From the NCBI GenBank assembly GCA_030950485.1, contig JAUZRK010000006.1, positions 19,975 through 83,974 of the forward strand: a DNA stretch of 64,000 bases. Direction: 5' to 3'. Below the pieces are notes generated by a model, which was not told the DNA's origin, did no database searches, and saw only the letters and a program-made list of their open reading frames with translations. The first letter of the stretch is position 1. Every line of letters starts with the position of its first letter. The position numbers were made by a program, and so were the translations under genes. The DNA comes from Candidatus Dojkabacteria bacterium (GTDB taxonomy: Bacteria > Patescibacteriota > Dojkabacteria > J137). Below, piece by piece: positions 10,100 through 19,139 of this stretch.

Positions 10100-10552
10100 C
10101 TATACTAATTCATCTAAAACTTCGTTAATTGTATTGCTCCCTATCCACTGATTTAATTCTTTTCCGTTTTTATCTACTTGTACGTATGTATGTTGAACAG
10201 TTACTCCGTATTTTTTCTTTAAATCTTTAAATCTATCTATATCAGCTTCGTAAATAGTTAAATTCCCAGGAATCTTCGATAAGTTATTTTTAAAATTTTC
10301 CTTTGCCTCATGGCAAGTAGCGCACCAACTAGCTGAGAAGAAAATGACATTATTTTCATTTTCGAAATGAATTTTATCATTATAATCAACATAAGTTGCA
10401 TACTGAAAACCTATTTCTTCATTACCTATAGAATCTGCAACTAATTCATCTGATTGTTCGTCCTTTTCTTGAGTAGACATAAATCCTAGAATACCTATAA
10501 CAGACAGTACGGCTATTGGTATTGCTATTAAAATCAAATTATCTCTTTTCAT
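10100..10552 (-). CDS. Membrane-anchored thioredoxin-like protein (TlpA/ResA-like).
   Basis: N-terminal TM followed by a WCATC (WCxxC) thioredoxin active site. 6 nt upstream of ccdA on the same strand. Confidence 0.65.
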   Translation of the reverse strand: MKRDNLILIAIPIAVLSVIGILGFMSTQEKDEQSDELVADSIGNEEIGFQYATYVDYNDKIHFENENNVIFFSASWCATCHEAKENFKNNLSKIPGNLTIYEADIDRFKDLKKKYGVTVQHTYVQVDKNGKELNQWIGSNTINEVLDELV

Positions 10553-10671
10553 ATAGTTTATTTTATAATTAATACTATACTACACTTGTAGTACTTAGTC
10601 TATTATTTCATAAAATTAGTGATTTGTACATATTATTAAGATAATATATTAAAAGTAATAAATCATAAAAA

Positions 10672-11355
10672 ATGCCTAAAATTCTATTATTAATATTTCC
10701 TATAGCTATTAGTCTAGCTAATAATTACGGCATTAAAACCAGTAATAGAACTCTATCTAATAAACAGGCTCTTCAATCATTTTCTGCTGGGTTATCAATA
10801 GCATATGTATTTAAGATCTTAATACCTGAGATTGCAACAAGTCCATCTCAAAGCCTAAATGAATCCATGACACTTTTAGTACTTGGGTTTAGTATATTTC
10901 ATATAACGCTTAAATACATTGCAAAAAATAATGATCCAAGACGTAGAGATGAATTCACTGAAATAGAGCATGTCTTCGTTGCTAGTCTTTATAACTTCTT
11001 AATTGGTTTTGTTTTAATTGAACATTTTGAAATAAATTTCAAAATTGGACTATTATTATTTGTAGTAGTTTCAGTTCATTCAATACTAATGCATTTAAGA
11101 CACAAACATAATGAGAGCTTTAATTTATTAAGCTTAAATAAAGCTAGATTAGTAATTTTTTCACCAATTATTGGAGGGCTTTTTGCAATATTAAATCCTT
11201 TTAACTCTCAAACTACCATAACACTTCTATCTCTCACTGCAGGTTGTATTTTATATATTGCAACACGGGAAGAAATTCCATTAGGAAGAGAAGGTAAACC
11301 TTTCTTTTTTATAATTGGGTTATTAAGTGTCATATTACTTTTTGGTTATAATTAG
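10672..11355 (+). CDS. Hypothetical membrane protein.
   Basis: 227 aa, ~6 hydrophobic helices. No diagnostic motif recognised. Confidence 0.4.
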   Translation: MPKILLLIFPIAISLANNYGIKTSNRTLSNKQALQSFSAGLSIAYVFKILIPEIATSPSQSLNESMTLLVLGFSIFHITLKYIAKNNDPRRRDEFTEIEHVFVASLYNFLIGFVLIEHFEINFKIGLLLFVVVSVHSILMHLRHKHNESFNLLSLNKARLVIFSPIIGGLFAILNPFNSQTTITLLSLTAGCILYIATREEIPLGREGKPFFFIIGLLSVILLFGYN

Positions 11356-11471
11356 ATTAATAATATTTAAAGCAAAACTAAGTTTGTTTATTTACAAATT
11401 TGAAATCAGATCAGTCTATCTATAAACTCTATTATATATAAGAAAAAAACATAAAAAATAGAAAAAAAATT

Positions 11472-12834
11472 ATAACTTTTCTCTCCTTAATATTATTAGC
11501 AGTTCTTGGAATTGTAGCTGGAATAATGTTAAAAGATGATCAATCCTCAGAAGATAGCAGTGCTAATGTAGCTGATTACTCTTGTACAGCTCTTTATCAG
11601 CCTGTTTGTGAAACTGACGGAGTAACCTATTCAAATTCATGTATGGCTGGGGCTTCAACAGTATCTATTGAATGCCTATCAGAATGTCCGTGTGGAATGG
11701 ATATTCCTAGTGAAATTTCACCATTAATCAGTGAATATGATGTTACAGAAACGATAACAGTTGATATTTCAGCCTATCCTGATTTAGCAAATAGCAACGG
11801 AATGAGCGTATTTTTAGATACTACAAATATCAACATTGAATCATTATAGATTCAGGTGATTCTTCATTTACTATTGTTGAGGAGTGCCAAGGAAAAACAT
11901 CATTTACCAATAATCAAGTTTGTTTTACAGTTGCACAAAGTGCACCTTTTATAGCGGGTGAGAAAATTGCAACTATGGAAATAAGCTTTTTGTCATCTAA
12001 TATTGCAACTATTAATAAGACTTCTGAATTCGGTTATGCAAATGGTGAGGAATTCAAAGTAGATACAAACGACAATGCAACCTATACAATACTTGAAGCT
12101 ATTATGCCTAATCTTACTGCTCCAGTCGCATCTTTTAGTTGTTCTAATAAAACTTTAGCAGGATCTCTTACATTACAAAATATCTATAGATCTGAGAATA
12201 GAATACTAATTTTCTCCGAGAGTACTGGCTTTACAAGCTCAATTGGAAAACATTAGTAGCAGATAGTTTAGAAACAGATATAAACGACTTATTCCTACTA
12301 AATGAAAACTATGCAATAACATCTACAGAGACTACACTTAATGAGAATACAAAATATTACGTTAAAGTTTTATATGCAGATCAAAATAAATTTTCAGCAG
12401 TTGCTGAATATACAACACCAGATTGTCAAGAGGAGATAGTAGAGATATCTGAGTGTCAAGTTTGTAATAGCCTAGATGCTAATCAAACCTGTATTCCCGA
12501 TTATGTTTGTGTAGATAATGGAGATATCGCAAATTCTACAAGTCAGTTATGTGTACCAACTGGAGAAGATTATTCGTATTGTGATGTAGATGTGATTGTT
12601 GACAACGATTCTTTTTGTGGACCGCTTGATACAAATTCAGATAGTATTATTTCTCTTGTAGATTTAACTTCTATGCTAAGTATTTACAAGCAAGCTTGTA
12701 ATACATTAGAGGATGATTCAACTTTTGGAATTTGCGGGAGAAAAGATACAAACAATGATGGAAAGATTAGTTTAGTTGATATAGTTTACTTATTGAGCAA
12801 ATATAAAATAGCTAATTGCGGGGAGACTGTATAA
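11472..12834 (+). pseudogene. Secreted Kazal-domain + dockerin-like protein disrupted by two frameshifts; the N-terminal signal segment lacks a canonical start.
   Basis: Three abutting ORFs: frame 0 (11472-11849), frame 2 (11840-12256), frame 1 (12256-12834). The Kazal signature is CxxxYQPVCETDGVTYSNSC. The C-terminus has two dockerin-like EF-hand repeats (DTNSDSIISLVDLTSML / DTNNDGKISLVDIVYLL). An in-frame hydrophobic segment ITFLSLILLAVLGIVAGI sits upstream of the first ATG with no ATG/GTG/TTG. Confidence 0.55.
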
Positions 12835-12852
12835 GAGGTTTAGAAAAAATTA

Positions 12853-12884
12853 AAAGGAGGCGATTTAAATCACCTCCTTTTTTT
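12853..12884. terminator. Bidirectional rho-independent terminator between convergent genes (AAAGGAGG...CCTCCTTT, then T-run).
   Basis: Inverted repeat with T-run on + and A-run on the other side. Confidence 0.75.
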
Positions 12885-12889
12885 AGGTA

Positions 12890-13585
12890 CTACCTAATCA
12901 ATACTTCTTCAAAGTTAGACTCAATCATTTTCCGAATTTGTAAAAGTTCTAGATCACTAGGAGCAGTTTCATTTTTCATTGCCTCATCAAGAACCTTAAT
13001 ACTCCTAAACTTCTGCAAAACGTATCGCTTCGAACCTTTAATAAGTTTAACAATGCGCATAATACCTGATTCATTTAAAAGATTGTTTACGATTGTTGTT
13101 CTAAACTCATAGTCAATTTTAGAATTCATTAAGATATCAATACTTTTAGAGATTCTTGAGCTATTATTTATAACTTTCACTCTCGTTATATTTCCATAAT
13201 CCTCTAAGGGAGCTTTGACATCCATTGCCACATAATCCACTAGTCCACTTTCTAATAGTGTCTGTAATTTCTCAGGGAAATAGCCAGAAGTACCTAGCTT
13301 AATTCTATACCCCATGTTTCGAACTTTAAATAAAAATTCACTGATATCATTATGTAAAAGCGGTTCTCCTCCTGTTATTACAACACCATCTAATTTATGC
13401 ATTCTATTTTCTAGAAACTCTAGTATTTCATTCTCATCTATAAGTTCAGTATATTGTTTAGAATCAACTAGCTCAGGATTATGGCAAAATCTACATCTAT
13501 ACATACAACCCCTAGTAAAAACGATTGCAGAGACATGACCTGGGAAATCAATCATAGAAAATTTCTGGAATCCACCTATTTTCAT
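12890..13585 (-). CDS. nrdG: Anaerobic ribonucleoside-triphosphate reductase activating protein (radical SAM).
   Basis: CMYRCRFC (CxxxCxxC) radical-SAM cluster near the N-terminus. 231 aa. Immediately downstream of nrdD. Confidence 0.8.
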   Translation of the reverse strand: MKIGGFQKFSMIDFPGHVSAIVFTRGCMYRCRFCHNPELVDSKQYTELIDENEILEFLENRMHKLDGVVITGGEPLLHNDISEFLFKVRNMGYRIKLGTSGYFPEKLQTLLESGLVDYVAMDVKAPLEDYGNITRVKVINNSSRISKSIDILMNSKIDYEFRTTIVNNLLNESGIMRIVKLIKGSKRYVLQKFRSIKVLDEAMKNETAPSDLELLQIRKMIESNFEEVLIR

Positions 13586-13586
13586 T

Positions 13587-15233
13587 CTACTTAATAATAA
13601 ATTCTTTTCTCACAGCAAATTCTGCCTTCTTTCCATGATTCCATTGTTTTGCTGGTCTTAAATATCCAACCACTCTTGAGTAAATTTCACATTCTTCTCC
13701 ACAGTGTTCACATTTTTCTACTTCTCCATTTTGATATCCATGTGAAGGGCAAATACTAAACGTTGGAGTAAGGGTAAAATAGGGTAGTTTATAATTTAGA
13801 CAAACTTTATTTACCAAGTTTTTTACAACTTCTTTATCCCCTACTTGTTCGCCTAAAAATAAGTGCACAACTGTACCACCAGTATATTTGCTCTGTAAAT
13901 CATCTTGTAAATCTAATTCTTCAAAAATATCATCTGTATGATGAACAGGTAATTGAGATGAGTTTGTATAAAAAGGATGCGCTCCCTCTTTATATTCTTT
14001 ATTATTAGCAAAATTTAACTCATCGAATTTTGATTCATCAATTCTCGCCAGTCTATAAGATGTTCCCTCTCCAGGAGTAGCTTCTAAATTATAGTTATTT
14101 CCAGTTTCTTCTTGAAATTCTAAAAGCTTATCTCTCATAAAATCTAAAATCTCATTAGCAAATTCAATTCCGCTCTCAGTAGAGATATCTTTTCCCATAA
14201 AGTTTAGTAATGATTCATTCATTCCAATTAAACCTACAGTTGAAAAGTGATTCTTCCAGAAAGCTTCTGTCTTTATCTTTACAGATTTTAAATAATGTTT
14301 TGAATATGGATACAAGCCTTTTTCAGTATACATTTCTAGTTTTTCTCTTTTACTTCTAAGCTATTTTTTGCAATTATCATTAAATTTTCTAAAGCACTAA
14401 AGTATTCTTCTTTATTTTCAGCAATTAAACCTATTCTAGGTAAGTTAATTGTTACTATACCTATTGATCCAGTCAAGGGATGTGATCCAAATAATCCACC
14501 TCCTTTAACAGCTAGCTGAGTTGTATCTAATCTTAATCTACAACACATAGACCTAGCATCCTTTGGATCCATATCTGAGTTTATAAAGTTTGAAAAATAT
14601 GGCAATCCATACTTAGCAGTCGCCTCCAATTATTATAGCTTGTTCTTTAAAGTTTGGGGATACAGTAAGATCCATAGTTAGATTTGAAAATGGAGTTTGA
14701 AATCCAACTCTTGTCGGAATATTCATATTATAGATAAATTCTTGCATTGCTTGCTTTACCTCCTTGTATGTCAGATTATCATATCTAACGAATGGTGCTA
14801 GTAAAGTATCGAAACTAGAGAAAGCCTGAGCGCCTGAGGCTTCCCCTTGTAGTGTATAGAGAAAATTAACTATTTGTCCCAAAGCAGTTCTAAAATGCTT
14901 TGGGGGCCTACTTTCAATTTTCCCCTCAACTCCTCCAAAACCATTCATTAAAAGATCGTATAAATCCCATCCAACACAGTATACAGAAAGTTCAGATAGG
15001 TCGTGTATATGTAAATCTCCATTATCGTGAGCCTCTCTAGTCTGCTTATCATAAATATTATCAAGCCAATATCTCTTAGTAATCTCAGCGTTTATATAAT
15101 TCCTCATTCCTTGCAAAGAAAACGCCATATTAGCGTTTTCATTTACCTTCCAATCAGTTTCTTTTAAATAGCTATCAATTAAGCTTTCGGGGGATCCTAT
15201 TACAGTTTTATCTTTTAGTTCTTGTACTTTCAT
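13587..15233 (-). pseudogene. nrdD: Anaerobic ribonucleoside-triphosphate reductase NrdD split into three ORFs by two frameshifts (or uncorrected indels).
   Basis: The pieces are 15233-14613 (frame 2), 14629-14336 (frame 1, TTG first codon) and 14333-13587 (frame 2). The C-terminal piece carries the Zn ribbon CEHCGEEC and the glycyl-radical motif RVVGYL; the middle piece carries GIVTINLPRIG. Pieces 1 and 3 share a frame. The second junction lies in a T5/T4 run at 14340-14351. Confidence 0.7.
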
Positions 15234-15372
15234 ATTTGAAATTAACTATATATTGTATGTAAGAGATAGGATACACACAGCATGTTGTGGTGTCAATCAT
15301 ATTTCAGAAATACTTCATTTAGCAATTCTAGACTCGTTCTCAGGTAATTATTAGTTATATTTACTTTAGTAC

Positions 15373-15380
15373 TACATGTA
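15373..15380. promoter_or_regulatory. Perfect palindrome TACATGTA in the nrdD/blaI divergent region, 31 bp upstream of the BlaI-like start. Candidate repressor operator.
   Basis: Seen directly. BlaI/MecI-type operators are TACA/TGTA dyads. Confidence 0.3.
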
Positions 15381-15410
15381 TAGTAGAATGATTTAGCTTA
15401 ATAAAAAATT

Positions 15411-15782
15411 ATGAGCAGTAACCTATTAGGAGAATTAGAACAGAAAATAATGAATATTTTATGGGATAGTGAAGAAGCACTTAAACCATCTGAGGTTAAA
15501 GTAAAACTAGGAGAAGGGTACGCATATACGACAGTTATGACTGTTCTTACTAGACTTAATGAAAAGGAACTTTTAAGCAGATGTAAAAAAGGCAAAGCAT
15601 ATTATTATTCTCCAATTGAATGTAAGGAGAAATTTGCAACAACTAAACTTAAAAATCTATTTGGTGGAATAATTTCATCTTATAATGATCTTGCTATTAC
15701 TCAATTTGTTGATGCAATAGAAGAAGAAGATCCTGCAAGTTTACAAAAGCTTAAAGATTATTTAAATAAAGCAAGTGATTAA
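15411..15782 (+). CDS. BlaI/MecI/CopY-family winged-helix transcriptional repressor.
   Basis: 123 aa. N-terminal wHTH (LGELEQKIMNILWDSEE...YAYTTVMTVLTRLNEKELL). Overlaps the downstream M56 gene by 8 nt. Confidence 0.7.
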   Translation: MSSNLLGELEQKIMNILWDSEEALKPSEVKVKLGEGYAYTTVMTVLTRLNEKELLSRCKKGKAYYYSPIECKEKFATTKLKNLFGGIISSYNDLAITQFVDAIEEEDPASLQKLKDYLNKASD

Positions 15783-16731
15783 AGGGTATTCTAGAAATAA
15801 AAAAATACTATTTAATACTCATCTAATACTTGGAATAAGTTACTTGCTCCTAGTTGCTGTTCTGTCTACTAATGTTTTACAAAGTTGTTATTCAATAGTA
15901 GCAAAAGAAAATGGTTATACATCAGCATTCAATGTATTTGGGAATAGATTGGATCTATTAATAACATTTAGTTCAATATTACTAACTATTTTTCTATGGA
16001 TTTTTTTAGTCAAAGGCTTGTTTCAAACAACACTTAAGCTATTTGCAACTAAAAAGTATCTAAATTCACTTTCTACAATCAATAATGGGGATTACAGAGT
16101 CATAGAGAACAAAGATAATCTAGCTTTTACTTACGGAGTTATTTCTCCACAAGTATATCTATCTAAGAATCTAATAACAGAACTAACTAGAAACGAACTT
16201 AAAGCAGTCTTAACTCATGAATATAAGCATAAATCTGAAAATGATCCCTTAAAATCATTAATCTCTTATTTAATAAATTCAATAATTATTCCTTTACCAT
16301 TTAAGTCTAAATTTCATAATGATTTTCTAACAATTTCTGAAGTGATCGCCGACAAAGAAGCCGAAGCAGTAAGTAAATCAAAGAGAGTAGTAGCAGAAAC
16401 TTTATTAAAATTATTTGATATTAGACAAAAACAAATTTTATTCATAAGTAATTTTTCCAGTGATAATTCAAGATTAGAGATATTTTTAACAGATAAAAAA
16501 TTTAAAATCAAAACAAACCTTTTATTAATAGCGCTACTAAGTAGTGTTTTTATAATATTACCAATTGGACTAGTAACTGCAAAGCCACTTAATAGATGTC
16601 ATGAATTCTATACTTGTGTTGATGAATATGAAGAAATGGATTTAATTAATTCAGAAGGTACGTGTATTGATAAACTTTACAGTAAAGAGCTTATACAAAG
16701 TAGTATTGACAAAAACATGTCCACATATTAA
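15775..16731 (+). CDS. BlaR1-like M56 family membrane metallopeptidase / signal transducer. The sensor domain is non-PBP and Cys-containing.
   Basis: HEXXH (THEYKH) in a loop after TM helices. Translationally coupled to the BlaI-like gene. Confidence 0.6.
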   Translation: MIKGYSRNKKILFNTHLILGISYLLLVAVLSTNVLQSCYSIVAKENGYTSAFNVFGNRLDLLITFSSILLTIFLWIFLVKGLFQTTLKLFATKKYLNSLSTINNGDYRVIENKDNLAFTYGVISPQVYLSKNLITELTRNELKAVLTHEYKHKSENDPLKSLISYLINSIIIPLPFKSKFHNDFLTISEVIADKEAEAVSKSKRVVAETLLKLFDIRQKQILFISNFSSDNSRLEIFLTDKKFKIKTNLLLIALLSSVFIILPIGLVTAKPLNRCHEFYTCVDEYEEMDLINSEGTCIDKLYSKELIQSSIDKNMSTY

Positions 16732-16840
16732 TTTGAATTAAATAGGGTTATAATTTTTTATAATATTTTGTTGACATAAATTACTACTACATCTATAGTA
16801 GTTTATATTTAAAATAATTTTATATATTAGTTTCAAATAC

Positions 16841-17662
16841 ATGAGTGAAGTCTCAAAAGAAAATGAGGCAATTACAATAAACGTACAACCGTTTATTATG
16901 CCCATAACAATTCTTCTTTCAGTAATTATATTTGCGCTAGGATTTGTCTCTGGTTTAGGATCTATATCTGACGCTATTAAAGAAAGCGAATCAGACACAA
17001 TAGTTGTAGAAGGAGGTTCAGGCAATGGAGGCACTGCAGTAGCTAATGATCCAACACCATCGGCTGCTCCAACACCAACTACTCAAGGTGTTACTTCAAT
17101 TGATGATGATGCTTATTTAGGAGATAAAGATTCTGCTAAAGTTGCTATCGTAGAGTTTACAGATTTTGAGTGTCCATTCTGTCAAAGACACCACCAACAA
17201 ACATACCCTTCTATTATTCAAGATTATGTAGACAGTGGGGATGCTATTTATGTAATTAGAGACTATCCTCTAAGTTTTCACGAGCCAGTTGCTACACAAG
17301 CAGCAATCTCTGCTGAGTGTGTTCATGAGCTAGCAGGTAAGAAAGCTTACTTCGAGTTTACTGATTATTACTTTGAGGCTACACAATCTAATGGTGCAGG
17401 TGTATCAGGAGGTGCTGATGCAATAGCTGACTTAGCTGAAGAAGCAGGAGCTAAGAGAAGTGATTTTGAAAAATGTTTAGATGAAGAACGATATGCTGAA
17501 GAAACAGCAGATGATTTAGCTGATGGTTCTGCTGCAGGAATCTCTGGAACTCCAGGATTCATTGTTGGAGTCTTAAACGATGACGGTAGCGTAGAAGGAG
17601 AATTAGTATCTGGTGCCCAACCATACTCATCTTTCCAAACTACTATTGAAAAATATCTTTAA
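16841..17662 (+). CDS. DsbA-family thiol:disulfide oxidoreductase, membrane-anchored, with a G/S/P/T-rich linker.
   Basis: CPFC (CxxC) active site in a thioredoxin-like context (FTDFECPFCQRHH). N-terminal TM. Confidence 0.7.
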   Translation: MSEVSKENEAITINVQPFIMPITILLSVIIFALGFVSGLGSISDAIKESESDTIVVEGGSGNGGTAVANDPTPSAAPTPTTQGVTSIDDDAYLGDKDSAKVAIVEFTDFECPFCQRHHQQTYPSIIQDYVDSGDAIYVIRDYPLSFHEPVATQAAISAECVHELAGKKAYFEFTDYYFEATQSNGAGVSGGADAIADLAEEAGAKRSDFEKCLDEERYAEETADDLADGSAAGISGTPGFIVGVLNDDGSVEGELVSGAQPYSSFQTTIEKYL

Positions 17663-17682
17663 TCTATAGATAAAGAATTTTA

Positions 17683-17712
17683 AAAGAGGGAAGTTTAACT
17701 TCCCTCTTTTTT
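17683..17712. terminator. Bidirectional rho-independent terminator (AAAGAGGGAAGT / ACTTCCCTCTTT, then T-run).
   Basis: 12-bp stem and T-run. The stop of the convergent minus-strand gene lies in the loop. Confidence 0.8.
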
Positions 17713-18342
17713 AGCATTTTTTGTATTTATAGTATAAATAGTCGAGAAATACTCATCATCTCTTAAATAAATTAAAGAATCTTTCTGTTTAAGGTATTCA
17801 GCTTCAACAATTTTTAAATTTTCTTGATATTTAGAATTTTCCCAATGAACCATTATATTAAAATCAAGTATACCTAATCCATTTTTTTCAATTTGCAGTT
17901 CCTCACAGTCTTTCTCTACAATATGATATGGGTAAATGTATTTTGTAAGAACTACGGATCCCGCACTAGATCCGATATACAATTTATTTTCAAGAAAGAA
18001 TCTAATTACTTCTTCAAAACTGTGCTTCTTTATCTGTGCGACAAGATAGGCTGCTGTACCTCCAGCAAAATATATAATGTCATAGTTTGATTTTATATAT
18101 TCCTTATCTAAATTATCTTCAATATTTAATACTGAAATACTAGCACCATTAAATGATTTTGATACTTCGTCAAGGTGGGCTAATACCCAGTTAGGATATT
18201 CGTTATTTTCTGTAAGGTATGTATTAGCAGCTGTTGTAAAGTAAGCTATTTTCAAATTCACTAATGACTTATTAAGATGCATTGGGATTTTACTAAGTAG
18301 CTCTGTATCTTTTAAATGTTTTGATAAAAGTATATAGTTCAT
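17695..18342 (-). CDS. Peptidase S51 (dipeptidase E-like) / class-I glutamine amidotransferase-like.
   Basis: IIYFAGGTAAYL...LYIGSSAGSVVL matches the PepE signature region. Confidence 0.5.
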   Translation of the reverse strand: MNYILLSKHLKDTELLSKIPMHLNKSLVNLKIAYFTTAANTYLTENNEYPNWVLAHLDEVSKSFNGASISVLNIEDNLDKEYIKSNYDIIYFAGGTAAYLVAQIKKHSFEEVIRFFLENKLYIGSSAGSVVLTKYIYPYHIVEKDCEELQIEKNGLGILDFNIMVHWENSKYQENLKIVEAEYLKQKDSLIYLRDDEYFSTIYTINTKNAKKEGS

Positions 18343-19109
18343 ATACCCAAATAAGTATCTACATTTTCAAAGATAATACTGAATTCCTCCGTGAAGTTTT
18401 TACTATTAATTCTATCAATACTATTTAAAATACTTCCATCTATATAATTATTTCGTCTATACCATAATGATTTTTCAATTTCTTTTGGAATTATTATTGG
18501 TTCTTTTAGATCTTTCTCTAGAGTAAGTGCTCTGTTATCTTTTAAAATACTCTTGAAAACTATTTTATCTTTATCAAACTGGCTTATTTCTATCTGATTA
18601 TCCTTAATTATAATATTATTAGATGCACTAGTAGTATCTACCGAAAATATAGCTTCATTAGTATTAAATCTAAAGTCTTGATAACTTACAATATACTCTT
18701 TACCATTATCTCCTTCTAGTATTCGATTCCAAATCTTCCCTTCTTCAATTTTTAACTCAATCCATCTGTCTTCAACAATAACTTGTACTTCTGTATTTTC
18801 ATCTAGTGTAATTATTGTTTTAGAATCTATGTATAAGTGAGCAAAGCTGTCTTCAGAAGTTTTTACTGTAGCTCCAGAACTTAAATTTATATACGTATCT
18901 TCTAGTGTATTAAAAGTACTTTCTCCTTTTATTTCATAGCTAATTTCTCCCTGATGATTTAATAATGTGAAAGTATTTGGAGTTTTTGAACCATAGAATC
19001 TAGAACCCCCAATAGAAATTGCGACAAAAAAGATAAAAGCTATAAATTTTGCTTTTTTACTATTCACTAAAATGAATTTATCTATAGAAAGTCTATCAAA
19101 AAAGAACAA
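18339..19109 (-). CDS. Hypothetical exported protein.
   Basis: 256 aa with N-terminal TM/signal. 4-nt overlap (ATGA) with the downstream gene. Confidence 0.4.
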   Translation of the reverse strand: MFFFDRLSIDKFILVNSKKAKFIAFIFFVAISIGGSRFYGSKTPNTFTLLNHQGEISYEIKGESTFNTLEDTYINLSSGATVKTSEDSFAHLYIDSKTIITLDENTEVQVIVEDRWIELKIEEGKIWNRILEGDNGKEYIVSYQDFRFNTNEAIFSVDTTSASNNIIIKDNQIEISQFDKDKIVFKSILKDNRALTLEKDLKEPIIIPKEIEKSLWYRRNNYIDGSILNSIDRINSKNFTEEFSIIFENVDTYLGI

Positions 19110-19139
19110 GAATGTCTTTCAAGAAGAGAACTGCTAGTT

